Below, piece after piece: positions 36,443 through 50,552 of a DNA stretch of 64,000 nucleotides. The translations under genes and the position numbers were made by a program. The notes beneath the pieces are model-generated. The model searched no databases. It saw only the letters and a program-made list of their open reading frames with translations, and was not told where the DNA came from. This stretch comes from Mobula hypostoma. Taxonomy: Eukaryota. The stretch is from positions 97,280,001 to 97,344,000 of the forward strand of contig NC_086097.1 in NCBI RefSeq assembly GCF_963921235.1, given 5' to 3'. Each line of letters begins with the position of its first letter. The first letter of the stretch is position 1.

Positions 36443-37739
36443 CTGAAATCAATAAATAAGATATATATTAATTATAGAGAGTTGAACATTTGTTTGAAAT
36501 TCCTTCACTTTTAAATTGTAGTTCAGTATTTCTGAGACAGGGTTGTACTGCCTCAAGATTTCTCCAGTTTGTAAACACAAGGAAGGTTTAATTGTTTAAA
36601 CAGGAACGTCTACCAACAGTCAAAGGATTTGTGTGTGGTAATAACAGTAGATAAGTGTCTTCAATTCAAAACCAGCCATAGGAGTTGGAAAATTAAATTT
36701 AATGAATATGGTAATGTGAGAAAAACTTACCAGATGCAGCCAGATTGCATTTGATTGAACAATTGATTCAATAACTTAATTATGAAATATTAAAATGTTA
36801 AGGACTGAAAGGCCTAAGAATTAAAAGCAGAAGCAGGCAATTTGCACCCCTTCTCAATGTGCTCTACCCAAACACATTCCACTTTAACAGCCTTGTCTAT
36901 TTTGTCATCTGATCAAAGATTCAAAGTACATTTATTATCGAAGTATGTATGCAGTATACAACCGTGATATTTGTGTTCCCCACAGACATGAAACAAAGAA
37001 AATCATGGAACCTGTTCAAAGAAAAAATATCAAACCTACCCCACCCCCATGTGCAATAAAAACAAATCGCACAAACAGCAACAAAAAAGAGAGAAGTACA
37101 GAACATAAAACAGAAAATCAAAAGAGTCCAGGCATATTCTTTGAGTCCCTAGCGTCCCCAAAGGCCACTGATGAAGTAAGATTGAAGGAAGAATCATGGG
37201 GTATGGTAAGTAAATGGATGACACAATCAGCACAAAAAAGTTAAATCAGCAAAGTTAGCAACACAACCATACCAGCAAACATTTATTGTTTCCAACTCTG
37301 CATTCTGACCTCAGTCTTGAATACATTCAATGACTGAATATCTGCAGCCCTTTAAATTTAGAGAATTCCAAAGGTTTAAAACCTTCTCATTACAGCGATA
37401 AATAACTGTTCCTTAGTCAAAATTCACCACCAGTTCTAACTCTTCATCCAAAGAAAACAGTCTCCCTGCATCAACCGTGCCAACCTTAGTCAGAATCTTG
37501 CATCTCAATAAATCATTCCTCTAAACCCCAGACACAAAATCTCTTCAGAATTCAAACCAGTGGTTCCAGAAATCAATCCAATCAATTTACATTGCAAGTA
37601 CAGAGGCTGACTCTGTGCACAGTGCTCCATATAAGGTTTCAACAGAGTCCTGTACAATCCCATCAGACCTTTTACTTTCGTACATAAACCAAGCTGATGA
37701 GAAACTGTGAGAAACTAATCACGACAAAAATCGCAGTCA

Positions 37740-38190
37740 GTGGACAAGAACAAGAGACTGTCAAACAGTTCAAGTATTTTGGTGCCATCATCAACCGAGA
37801 AGATCAAAGCCTGAAGTCCTTGCAAGGAGAGCCCAAACAACATCAACTCTGGCTAAGCTAAAGCCAATCTGGAGAGACAATGACATCACTCTCGGATCCA
37901 AGTTGAAACCTCTGCATGCACTTCTGCTCTCCATCTTCTTGTATGCATGCGAATCATGGACTTTGACAACAGACCTGTAAAAGAAATCCAGCAGTAAAAC
38001 TGAGATGCTTCAGAAGGCTCCTCAGTTTCTCCTATACCGACCATGTCTCAAATGATGAAGCGTGAAGAACCATCACCCAGCACATGAGACTTTATGAAGA
38101 TCTACTGTCTACAGTGAAGAAGAGGAAATTGAGATGGTATGGCCACATAACAAGATCAAGTAGACTCTCAAAGATCATTCTTCAGCTTAC
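37740..38190 (+). mobile_element. RTE-clade LINE fragment
   Basis: VKQFKYFGAII, SIFLYACESWTLT and KKRKLRWYGHITR motifs. Confidence 0.75.
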
Positions 38191-39726
38191 TCACACACTG
38201 GACCCACGGTCTGCATGAAAGCACCCATCACATTCTGAGCTCCCCTCAAAGACCATTTCAAACGAATGGCTCTCTCAGGAGAATTCACCTTGCTTCCTTG
38301 GAGCCATTCATCTGCACAGCACTTCTTGCAACGGGGACTCTCCTTCCAATGGCATTCTGCACTATCTTCCCTTCTGTTCCGTTCCACAGCTTCCACCAAA
38401 AAGACCCCAAACCAGACTACTGTCCATCACAAATCTCTCTCTGCCCTGCTTTCTCTAGAACCTTCTCCTGATCGCACCATTCTGATTGGCTGGCACAATA
38501 TTCATAAGTTGAATAATGTGGCTTTCTATCTTTTGCTGAAACCAAAACGTTCTACCAGCAGGACACACTGCTTTAGCAGACAACTACTAAAATGAAATAC
38601 CTACAACGTAGCAATAGAAATCTTAGCCAAGGCATTACAGTGTATTTTGAAAATTTAAACAACAACGTAAGCAGAACACAAGGCCAAGGAGGAGGAACAG
38701 TCTAACTGGCCCCTCATATCTTCTTCACGATAGGAAGGATGTGACTACACTGGACAGAGGATGCAGAGGAGATTTACCAGGACATTACCGGGATGGAGCT
38801 TTTCAATTATAGTACTAAAGTACATTTATTATCAAACTAGGTATACTATGTATAACCTTACAGGCAGTCAGAAAACAAAGAAACCCAACAGAACCCATTA
38901 AAAAAGAACACCATCGAACATCCAATGTGTAGAAAAAAAACAAATCGTGCAAACAATAAGGGTAAGCAAGTTGACATTCAGAGCTGAAGTTCACAATAGT
39001 GAATCCGCATCCCCTTAGCTGCTCTGTACAACACTGTGATTCTGTAACTGTGCTCTTCCATTCAATAAAAATTACGGTTAATCTCTTTACCTCAGCACAG
39101 CCTTCCAGTGTTAATCCCAAATCCCTTCATATTCAAGTCTATTTCATGTTCAAAAGTCTCTGTCTCTAATTGGAATATGTTATGCCTCCACAGCCATAAT
39201 AGAGCATAGAACAGTACAGTCTGGGAACAGGTTCTTCAGCCTGTCATGTTGTGCCAAAGTCATTCAGTTAACGACACCTCATTCCTTTTGCCTGCTCATT
39301 CTCTACATATTCATGTGCCAAGGAGACGCTAAAATGCCTCTATTGTACCTGCTCTGCCACCACCCTGAGCAGCATATTCCAGGCCCAACCACTCTGTACG
39401 AAAAAATTACCCTTTGAACTTTCACCTTCACACTTTAAAGCATGCCTTCCAGAATTGGATATTTCAACTCTGGGAAAAAAAATGGCTATCTACTCTATCT
39501 TATAAACTTCTATTAGGTCTTCCCTCTGCCTCAACTATTTCAGAGAAAACATCCCCAGTGGGTTTACAACCCCTTGAGTAGAGTATTTCAAGATTCACCA
39601 TCTTCTGGGTAAAGAAATTTCTTATATCCTATTCCTGAATGGCCATTGTTTTATTTGAGATATTGCTCCCTGACAGAGACATCTATCGATTATGCACTAG
39701 CACTGCCAAACCTGTAAGAATGTAGT

Positions 39727-40529
39727 ACAAGCAACACACATAAAAGTTGCTGGTGAACGCAGCAGGCCCGGCAGCATCTCTAGAAAGAGGTGCAGTCAAC
39801 GTTTCAGGCCGAGACCCTTCGTCAGGACTAACTGAAAGAAGATATAGTAAGAGATTTGAAAGAGGGAGGGGGAGGGGGAGATCCAAAATGACAGGAGAAG
39901 ACAGGAGGGGGAGGGATGGAGCCAAGAGCTGGATGGGTGATTGGCAAAAGGAGATATGAGAGGATCATGGGACAGGAGGTCCAGAGAGAAAGAAGGGGGG
40001 GGGAACCCAGAGGATGGGCAAGGGGTATAGTGAGAGGGACAGAGGGAGAAAAAGGAGAGAGAGAAAAAGAATGTGTGTATATAAATAAATAACGAATGGG
40101 GTACGAGGGGGAGGTGGGGCATTAGCGGAAGTTAGAGAAGTCAATGTTCATGCCATCAGGTTGGAGGCTACCCAGATGGAATATAAGGTGTTGTTCCTCC
40201 AACCTGAGTGTGGCTTCATCTTTACAGTAGAGGAGGCCGTGGATAGACATATCAGAATGGGAATGGGATGTGGAATTAAAATGCGTGGCCACTGGGAGAT
40301 CCTGCTTTCTCTGGCAGACAGAGCGTAGGTGTTCAGCGAAACCCGACACAGGCTGGGAGACCGTTACTATCTCTTACTATCTCTTCTTTCAGTTCGTCCT
40401 GACAAAGGGTCTCGGCCCGAAACATCAACTGTACCTCTTCCTATAGATGCTGCCTGGCCTGCTGCGTTCACCAGCAATTTTTATGTGTGTTGCTTGAAAT
40501 TCCAGCATCTGCAGATTTCCTCGTGTTTG
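39727..40529. mobile_element. Penelope-like insertion with inverted arms, 10-bp TSD
   Basis: Minus arm 39727-40340 (GIY-YIG end plus 3' UTR) and short plus arm about 40365-40529; AGAATGTAGT at 39717-39726 and 40530-40539. Confidence 0.88.
39794..39829 (-). ncRNA. Minimal type I hammerhead ribozyme motif (PLE)
   Basis: agtc-CTGACGA-agggtctcggcct-GAAA-C-GTT-gact. Confidence 0.75.
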
Positions 40530-40879
40530 AGAATGTAGTGCACATCTGTAAGATCGTATTCCCTGTGAGCTACAATGTTACTTACATTGTCAATAAAATA
40601 ATGGTAGATTTTTCAAAGAGAATTTCCCTTTCATAAACTCTTGTAATGCTACTGTGTGCTTTTTAAAACATTTTGCCATCAATATACTTCGGGCTAATAT
40701 TTCTTTCCCTTTTCTTAAGGATCAGTGTTGACTTTAAGAATATGACTTACAAGCAGGAACAGGCCAATCATACCCTCAAGCTCCTTCCTCCAGATCACAG
40801 TTGATTAGATTGTAACCTCAATTCTGCATTCTGCATTTCATTTCCATGCTTTATACTGCATCTCACACAACATGCAACG

Positions 40880-41705
40880 TCAAGATGCCGCTAAACGGCA
40901 ACTCCTTTGCTTGCATCTTCGGAAACAGCTTTATTTCTATCTTTGTTATCTCTTTTTTCCTTTTCAAGGTCTTTTTGCAGACCCTGACCCAGAGTTACAC
41001 TCTGACTTTGGTTCTTTGTGAGAATGGGACCCTCTCTCAGGGCCTCATGACTGGCTGCTTTTTAATATCCCAAGGATGTGGCCTAGAAAGTGAGCACGCT
41101 TTCAGAGTTCCAGATTTTTTTGTCTCTGGAGACATGCTGATTCTAGGCCGGTGCCCCTGACTAAAACGTCGAAGGAGAACACGGAACGTCAGGAGCAGCG
41201 GTTTAGCTGCCGGGGTTGTGTGTCCAGAGAGCTGCGCCTTTTTGGTGCCTACTCTCTGGGTGCAGAGCTCGGAAAAAGCAAAACAACAGACTTTTAACAT
41301 CATAAATCAGCGAGTTGCTTGTTACGTCTCCTCTCTCACTGTGAAACGGGGATGCCTCTTTTTCCCTTATTAGGGAGAGAGAGAGGGAGCCTGTGATATG
41401 TCGAATTACCAGATGAATGAGTAGTCTTTGGGGTACTGCAAGTCTGTGTCTTTATTGATGCTTTGCTGCACACTTGAGTGCTCGGTGGGGGGTGATGCTT
41501 TTTTGCTGGTGGGGGTGGGGGGAGGGTTTGTTGCCTTGCTGCTGCTTGTGCATGGGAGGGGGAATAGGGGGGCTTTGGGGTTCTAATGTTTTAACTGTCA
41601 TTCATTCTTTGGGGGCACTCCTCTGTTTTTGTGGATGCTTACGAAGAAAAAGAATTTCAGGATATGTATTGTATACCTTTCTTTGACAGTAAGTGTACCT
41701 ATTGA
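40880..41705 (+). mobile_element. Non-coding element with a Rex1-like 3' tail
   Basis: Begins caagatgccg and ends gaagaaaaagaatttcaggatatgtattgtata...ttgaa, similar to other Rex-type tails; no credible ORF. Confidence 0.45.
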
Positions 41706-41708
41706 ACA

Positions 41709-41769
41709 TACAATTAGCGGTCACTTTAATAGGGACCTCCTGTACCTAATGAAATAGCTACTGAGTGTA
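41709..41769. repeat. Short imperfect palindrome resembling Tc1/mariner MITE termini
   Basis: tacaattagcggtcactttaataggga vs the reverse complement of the right half, tacactcagtagctatttcattaggta; TA at both ends. Confidence 0.45.
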
Positions 41770-42082
41770 TATTTGTGGTCTTCTGTTGCTGTAGCCCATC
41801 CAACAAGATTCAACGTGTTGTGCTTTCAGAGATGCTGGGCTCCACACCACTGTTGTTACTGATGATTATTTGAATTACTTTCGCCTTCTTTAAATGCCGT
41901 CTATCTGTGTGGATACATCAGAACTTGGTCTCACTAAACCTCCGGGAATAGTGTTTTGCGCTTTAGTATTTCCCTTGATACTCTGATTGAAACATATCCT
42001 CTCCAGGACACCAGCCCATCCCTTCACTGGCTCCCTCCTTAGCTTCGCTTCTTTTCTCTTCTCTGTCTAATTAACTGCTAAC

Positions 42083-43150
42083 TTACTTTTCAAAGATTTT
42101 CTTGTCCCTTACAGTCTCACTTGAAATGTTCGCCTTCACAGTTGTAACAGAAAATACTATTGCCTCTGTCATCAAAAGACCCTTTTCAGCAGTAATCCTC
42201 TGTGTAGTGAGTCCTACAGGTGGGTCGGGTTTCTCACCAGTCATGTCACATTGAGCTGAAGCATTAGCAGACATCCATCGAGTCAGCTCGGTTCAAAGGT
42301 TTTTCACCTCATTCTTCAAAAGCTCTCTCTGTGGCATCTGGAGTCACTTTAGCAACAGAGGCTACCACTGAAGAAGCTACTTGGCTTTTGGAAACATTCC
42401 GCTCCTCAGTCATGTTTTCCTTCTCTCTCACTTCTCTGAGTAACTCAGTAAAAGGTAGAGGAGGGTACATCTTGTGAGTCATATGAATACGGAGAGCAAA
42501 TACATCATGTGACAGTGTGCCCTTCACAACTTGGTCCACCCTCAAACAATTTCTCTCAGACAGTTGAATGCCCCTTTGGTGACACAAACAATGCAGCAAT
42601 TTCTCCAGTCTGAAAAAATAGGTAGACAGTTTCTCTCCATCCTGGAATGTGTGCCTAATCTTCATCATAAGATTGGCTGTACTTTTAGAAGTGCCAAAAG
42701 TATCTTCTAGAGCTTGCATATTATAGTTAGCTGACGTGGCTAACGGGCTTTCTGCCTTTAGGAACGTCGTTATACCAGTGGCCGGACCCTTTAAACTCTC
42801 TACCGGTCTCTGTTAAGTCATATTATCTGAGCACTGCCATTCATCCAGTGACTGAGATGCCTGCTCAGCCAAGCCTCGTATTCTTCTTCCCCAGAGCACA
42901 TTCTCAGTCTACGATTACTTTTCCTCTCCCCAGGCAGACTTTGGCATTTATCAGCCAGTGATGTAATTGCCGAAACCAGCTCAGAATTTAAATCAACAGC
43001 TGAAGGGCTTATTAGAACTCTCACATCAGACGGAGTCTTCACCTCATTCCACAGAAAAGAGAACAACTTGCCTTTAAAATCTTCACTCTCAGCTACATTC
43101 TCACCAACTCTAGAGATATGAACTGGCCACGGATCCGCCTTACCGGGGTA
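42083..43150 (-). pseudogene. Decayed Gypsy gag, PNMA-like capsid
   Basis: RLRMCSGEEEYEAWL, ALEDTFG, QDGEKLSTYFFRLEKLL and FTELLREVREKE, split by stops and frameshifts. Confidence 0.75.
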
Positions 43151-43164
43151 GTATATATAAGTAT

Positions 43165-43435
43165 TTGAATGGGCAAGGCCTGATTAGGGATAGTCAACAT
43201 GGCTTTGTGCATGTTAGGTCATGTCCAAGCAATCTTAATAAAGATTTTGATGAGGTTATCAGGAAAGATGATGAAGGAAAGGCAGTAGGCATTGTCTACA
43301 TGGACATTAGCAAGACCTTTGACAAAGTTGCACTTGGGAGGTTGGTTCAGAAGGTTCAGTCACTTAACATTCAGGAAGAAGAGTAAACGGGTTTTAACAT
43401 TGGTTAAGTAGGAGAAACCAGAGAATGGTAGCTAT
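43165..43435 (+). mobile_element. CR1 RT fragment
   Basis: SQHGFVHVRSC...VYMDISKTFDKV. Confidence 0.8.
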
Positions 43436-43756
43436 TACTCCATGACTACTACAGAATTGGCTTCAATTAAGTTCAGTAATCTGATTTCCAAGAGAATTGT
43501 GCCTCTCTTGGACAGCTGTTGAGAAGTTTCCACACAGCTGGAGGCAGATAATGAAACTGGCTTTGCCAATATCACCCACATCCATTCACTCACTCTACCA
43601 CTGATGCACAGGAGCAGCAACTGTACCATCTATACTGTAGCAACCCTCCAAGGGTCCTTAGGAAGCACTTTCCAAACCTTTGATCTTCTAAGAGAAGCAA
43701 CAAAAGCATGGAAACACCACCACCTGAAAATTGCTCTCTCTAAGCCACCCACCACG

Positions 43757-45672
43757 CTTTATATAAACAGCTGTAGATGAGTGTGTCCCCACAAAATCAT
43801 GGAGAGTCCTCCCCAACCAGAAGCCCTGAGATTCACAATCTGCGGAGGGTCAGATTGGTGTCAATCAGGTCTGGCAAACAAGTTAAACACAAGAGGTCCA
43901 GGTGCAATCTCCAGAAAGCCATCTCATATGCCAAGTGGCAATACTGGACAAGCTTGAATCACTGAAGTATGCACAACAGCTGTGGCAGGGTTTGAATGCC
44001 ATCACCTCCTGCAAAGTAAAACCAAGTGACATAGGTGACAACAAAGCTTCACTCCCAGGTGGGCACAATGCCTTCTATGCTCACTTTGACCATCAAAACA
44101 TGGAGGCACCTTCACAAGCTCCCATTGCCCCCAGTGACCCTGTGATTTCAGGCTCAGAGGCTGACATGAAAGCATCCTTCAGGAGGGTGAACCCACAGAA
44201 AACATCCGGCCCAGATGGGGTACCTGGCCAAATACTAAAGGCCTGTGATAATCAACTGGCTAGAGTGTTCACCAATATCTTTAACCTCTCGCTTCAGTTG
44301 TCTGAGGTACCCACCTGTTTCAAGCAGGCTTAAATTATACCGGAGCCTGAGAATAATGTAGTAACCTGCCTCAGTGACTGTTGTTTAGCAAAATCTAAAA
44401 CCACAGTGATGAAGTGCTTTGAGAGGTTGGTGATGAAACATATCAACTCCTGCCTGAGAAGCGACCTAGATCCACTCCAATTTGTCTACTGTCACAACAG
44501 GTCAACAACAGATGCCATCTCATTGGCTCTTTACTCAACCCTAGAATATCTGGGCACTGAAGATCCATATATCAGGATGCCCTTCATCAACTACAGCTCG
44601 GCGTTCCATACTATCACCCCCTCAAACCCAATCAATAAGCTTCAGGACCTTGGCCTCAATACCTTCTTGTGCAACTGGATCCCGGAATTCCTCACTTGCA
44701 GACCCCAGTCAGTTTGCATTGGCAACAACTCCACAATCTCTCATCAGCACAAGTGCAGCACAAAGCTGTGTGCTTAGCACCCTGCTCTACTCGCTTTATA
44801 CTTATGACCATGAGACTAATAGAGATCCATTGCCATATCTAACTTTGCTAATGGCACCACTGCCATTGGTCGAATCAAAGGTGGTGTTGAATCAACATAC
44901 AGGAGGGAGATTGAAAATCTGGCTGAGTGGTGCCACAGCAACAACCTCTCACTCAATGTCCGCAAGACCAAGGAGCTGATTATTGACTTCAGGAGGAGGA
45001 AATGAAAGGTCCAGGAACTAGTCCGCATCGGGGAAATCAGAGGTGAAAAGGGTCAGCCACTTTAAATTCCTCTGTGTTATCATTTTGGAGTATATTGACT
45101 GGTTGCATCACGGCCTGGTATGGAAACACCAATGCCCTTGAATTGAAAAGACTACCAAAAATAGTGGATATGGTTCAGTCCATCACAGGTAAAGCCCTCT
45201 CCTCATTGAGCGCATCGACATGGAGTGATGTCACAGGTCAGCAGGATCCATTATCAGGGATCTCCACCATCCAGACCATGCTGTCCTCTTGCTGCTGCCA
45301 TTAGGAAGAAGGCACAGGAGCTTCAGGACTCACACCACCAGGCTCAGGAATGACTATCCACCTCTTGAATCAGAGTTGATAATTTCACTCATCTTCACTT
45401 GCCCTATTACTGAACTATCCCACAACCTATGGATTCACTTTAGAGGACCCTTCATCTCATGTTTCCAATATTTATTATTTTTTTTCTTTTTATATTTACA
45501 CAATTTGTCATCTTTTGCACATTGGTTGTTTTTTCTCTTCTGTTGGGTACGGTCTTTCATGGATTCTACTGTGCTTCCTGTGTTTACAGTGAATGTCAGC
45601 AAGCAAATGAATCTCAGGGTTCTATATGGCAACATATAAGTACCGTGATAATAAAGTTACTTTGAACTTTGA
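43757..45672 (+). mobile_element. Decayed Rex1/Babar-like LINE
   Basis: GPDGVPG, MKCFERLV, LDPLQFVY.HNRSTTDAI, INYSSAFHTI and SILTGCITAWYG motifs, plus 3' tail. Confidence 0.85.
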
Positions 45673-45724
45673 ACCCTGACTTAAGCATCACTAACAACAG
45701 TGCATCCCTTCCAAATGAGTTAAA

Positions 45725-48180
45725 GACCATAAAACCGTATGGTATAGGAGCAGAGTTAAGCCATTTGGCCCATCGAGTCTGCTCCACCATTTCATCATGG
45801 CTGATCCATTTTTCCTCTCAGCCCCAATCCCCTGCCTTCCCCCCATATCCCTTCATGCCCTGACCAATCAAGAATATATCAACCTCGGTCTTAATTATAT
45901 ATACAGACTTGGCTTCCACAACTGCCCATGGCAAAGAATTCCACAGATTCACCAGTCTCTGACTCACAAAATTTCTCCTCATCTCTGTTCTAAAAGGAGG
46001 TTTAAAGGCTTTTAAAGATATTTTAAGGCTGTGTCTTCTGGTCTTAGACACTCCCACCACAGGAAACATCCTCTCCACCTCCACTCTATCAAGGCCTTTC
46101 ACCATTCGATATGTTTCAATTAGGTCACCCCTCATTCTTCCAAATTCCAACAAATACACGCCGGAGCCATTAAATGCTCTTCAGCTGACAAGCTGTTTCA
46201 TCTTGGAATCATTTTTGTGAACCTCCTTTGAATCCTCTCCAGTTTTAGCACATCCTTACCAAGATTAGGGGCCTAAAACTGCTCACAATACTCCAAGTGA
46301 GGCGTCACCAGTGCTTTATAAAGTCTCAACATTACATACTTGCTTTTATATTCTAGTCCTCTTGAAATAAATGCTAACATCACATTTGCCTTCCTTACCA
46401 CAGACTCAACCTGCAAATTAACCTTTAGGGAATCCTACACAAGGATTCTCAAATCCTGTTGCAGCTCATATTTTTGTATTTTCTCTCCATTTGGAAAAGA
46501 GTCAACACTTTTATTTCTTCTATCAAAGTGTATGATCATACAATTCCAGACACTGTACTCTATTTGCCATTTCTTTGCCCATTCTTCTTATCTGTCTAAG
46601 CCCTTCTGTAGCCTTCTTATTTCCTCAAAGCTACCTGCTCCTCCACATCTCTTCGTATCATCCGTAAACATTGCAACAGAGCCATCAATTCCATCATCAA
46701 AATCATTGACATATAACATAAAAAGAATCAGTCCCTACACAGACCCCTGTGGAACACCACTAGTCACCGGCAGCCAACCAGAAAAGGCTTCCTTTATTCT
46801 CACTCTTTTCCTCCTGTCAATAAGCCACTGCTTTATCCATGCTAGAATCTTTCCTGTAATACCATGGGCTCGTAGCTTGTAAAGCAGCCTCATATGTGGC
46901 ACCTTGTCAAAGGTCTTCCGAAAATGCAAGTACACAACATCAACTGATTCTCCTTTGTCTATCCTGCTTATTACTTTTTCAAAGAATTCCAACAGATTTG
47001 TCAGGCAAGATTTTTCCCTTGAGGAATCCATGCTGACTCCAACATTTTCCCAACCATTGAGGTTAGATTCACTTTCTTCTGCCTCTCTCTCCCTTCTGAA
47101 AAAACTTTTGGTATCCTCTGTAATATTATTGGCCCGTTTACTTTCATGTTCCATCTTTACCTTCTTAATGACTTTTTTAGTTGCTCTCTGTTAGTATCTA
47201 AAAACTTCCCAATCCCCTAGCATCCCGCTAACTTTTGCTGGATGATATGTCCCCTCTTTGGCTTTTATCTTGGCTTTGACTTGCCTTATTGGGCATGGTT
47301 TTATCATCTTGCCTTTGAAATACTTCTTCCTCTTTTGGGATGTGCCTTCTGAATTGATTTCAGAAATGTCAGCCATTGCTGCTCTGCCATCATCTCCATC
47401 AGCGTTGTTTTCCATTCAGTTCTGGCCAGCTCCTCTCTCATGCCTCTGTAATTCCCTTTACTCCACTGTAATACTGATACATCTGACTTCAGGGTGAATC
47501 CAATCATATTATGATCACTAAGGATTCTTTTACCTTAAGCTCTCTAATCAATTCTGGTTCATTGCACAACACCCAATCCAGAATATCTGATTCCCCAGTG
47601 GGCTCAACCACGAGCTGCTCTAAAAAACCATCTCATAGGCATTCTAGAAATTCCCCTTCTTGGAATCTCACACCAACCTGATTTTCCCAATCTACCTACA
47701 TATTGAAATCCCCCATGACTATTGTAACATTGACCTTTTTGCATGCATTTTCTATCTCCTGCTGTAACTTGTAGATCACATCCTTACTACTGTTTGGGGG
47801 TGTATATATAACTTCCATCAGGGCCTTTTTATCCTTGCAGTTCCTTAGCTCTTTCCACAATGATTCAACACTTTCCCACCCTATGTCACCTCTTTCTACT
47901 GATTTAATTTCATTTTTTACCAACAGAGCCACCCCATCCACTCTGCCTTCCTGCTTGTCATTTTGATACAATGTGTATCCTTGAACATTACACTCCCAGC
48001 TATAATCTTCCTTCAACCATGATTCAGTGATGCCTACAACATCATATGTACCAATCTGTAACTGTACTACAAGTTCATCGACCTATTCCGTACACCATAC
48101 ACATTTAGATATAACACTTTCAGTCCTGCATTCACCTTTTTCAGTCTTGTCCACCTTTTACATTGCAACTCATCTTGTTA
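45725..48180 (-). mobile_element. Long decayed CR1 (APE to 3' end, with internal deletion)
   Basis: YTPPNS/MGDFNM (47696-48016), [10 protein letters not shown] (46735-47154) and FRTEMRRNFVSQR (45818-46159). Confidence 0.9.
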
Positions 48181-48181
48181 G

Positions 48182-48870
48182 AAATATAGAAGCATAGAAA
48201 GTCTACAGCACAATACACCCCCTTGGCCCACAAAGCTGTGCCGACATGTCCTTACCTTAGAACTACCTAGGCTTACCCATAGCCCTCTATTTTTCTAACC
48301 TCCATGTACCTATTCAAGAGTCTCTTAAAAGATTAAGAAACAAAACATTTAAAAAGCATAAAAAAATTACCCCTGACGTCTCCTCTGTATCTACTTCCAA
48401 GCACCTTAAAACTGTGCCTTCTCATATTGGCCATTTCAGCCCTGGGAAAAAGCCTCTGACTATCCACATGATCAATACCTCTCATTATCTTGTACACCTC
48501 CATCAAGTCACCTCTCATCCTTTGTCGCTTCAAGGAGAAAAGGCAAAGTTCACTCAGCCTATTCTCATAAGGCATGCTCCCCAATCCAGGCAACATCCTT
48601 GTAAATCTCCTCTGCACCCTTTCTATGGTTTCCACATCCTTCCTGTAGTGAGGCAACCAGAAATGAGCAAAGTACTCCAAGTGGAGCCTGACCAGGGTCC
48701 TATATAACTGCAACATTACCTCTTGGCTCTTAAACTCAATCCCACGGTTGATGAAGGCCAATGCACCGTATGCCTTCTTGACCATATAGTCAACCTGCGT
48801 AGCAGCTTTGAGTGTCCTATGGACTCAGACCCCAAGATCCCTTTGATCCTCCACATTGCCAAGAGTGCAA
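48182..48870 (-). mobile_element. CR1 3' portion (same subfamily as 17704-19483)
   Basis: YRKDVETIERVQRRFTRMLPGL; ttctatg-type tail at about 48185-48205. Confidence 0.9.
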
Positions 48871-50552
48871 TTTTGCCTTATCATCAACCTCTCCTTACTA
48901 GGAGTTGCACTACACATTGCCTTTGTTTGTAAACCAACTACCTCATCTTTATCACTGTCAATCCGTTCCCATCTTCCTGCCAAATTAGTTTAAACAGGTC
49001 TGAACAACTCTTGCCAACCTGCCCATAAGGATATTGGACTCCTTGGGATCAGGTGTGACCTGTCCCTTTTGTACAGGTCATATATTTCCCAGAAGAGATC
49101 CCAATGACCCATAATGCATATAACACATTCTATGCATGTTTGGACCATAAGAGGATTGGGATGTCATCATCTGCCACAATAGCCACCATTGTACTTGACC
49201 CCATAGTAACAGTTGAAGATACAAGATCAGTCTTCCAGAGAGTAAACCATTGGAAAGCATCTTGGCCAGATTGTGTCCCTGGCCATGTCCTTAGATCCTG
49301 TTCCGATCAACTGGTGGGTATTTGCAGATATTTTCAATGTAAACAATCTCTCCATGACTTCCTCCTTTTCTGCAGCTGTGATACTATCTCTGATTAACAA
49401 TGGCATGCCCCTCACCTCTGTTGCCCCCCTCCCTGTCCTTTTTGAAACACCTAAAGCCCAATGAACTCAGCAGCCATTCCTGCCCTGAGGCATCCAAGTC
49501 TCTGTAATGGCCACAACGTCATAGTTCCACGTATTGATCCACGCTCTAAGTTCATCCGCAAATCTAGTTTAAACCCTCCCCAATAGCATGAGCAAACCTC
49601 CCTCCCAGGATATTGGTTCCTCTCTAGTTCAGGTGCAACCCGTCCCACTTGTACAGGTCACCCCTTCCCCAGAAAAGGTTCCAATGATCCAGGAGCTTGA
49701 AACCCTGGCCCTGCACCACCTCCTCAGCCGCTCATTCGTCTGTGCTATTTTTGCACCAGGAGTAATCCAGAGATGACCACCTTGGAGGTCCCACTCTTCA
49801 GCCTCCTTCCCAACTCCCTTGCTACAGTACGTGTGAAAACAACAGACTAATTTACCAAACATATTACTATTCCTTCACTAGGTCAGAATTCCAAAACTCT
49901 CTCCTTAATAACATTGTAGATGGACCTACACCTCAGTGACTGTAGTGGTACAAGAAAGTAGCTCACCACTACATTTTCAAGGGCAAGTTGAGATGGGCAA
50001 TTGAATTCTGGACCACATCTCCTAAAATATTACAAAAAAGGAGGGTATTAATGCTATCTCAATTTGAACAGTAAATCTCAAGTCGCAGTCTGAACAACTG
50101 TTTTCAGAGCAATCAGTGGGAGTGACTGAAATATATGCAGGACAAAATGAACAGAAGAAGGATATTCATCCCCTGGATCCAATTTGTTTCCAGCTGACCA
50201 GCACCTTAGTTGCAGCTAGAACCCTTCATGCTCCCCAAGTATCTAGCAGCGATACATTTGAATGATCCATTGCTTGGCAGGGAGTGGACAGATGAGAAGG
50301 TAGCACTAAGGGAAGGATATGTGAAGAGAAAGACGAAGTCCTACACTTATTCCATCAGGAACAGCAGTGTTACCAGAAGTTAATTCCTACCTTTTGCACA
50401 GATAGGAGTGCTCCTCGTTATTTAGTGCATCAAAACATCATCAACTCAATTATATTGTGAGAATTTATATGTAATGTGCTAAATGCAACATTAATCTCTA
50501 TATTCTGAATTTGATGCCAAGACTTCTAGTGCCTGGTTCAATGCAATTACAT

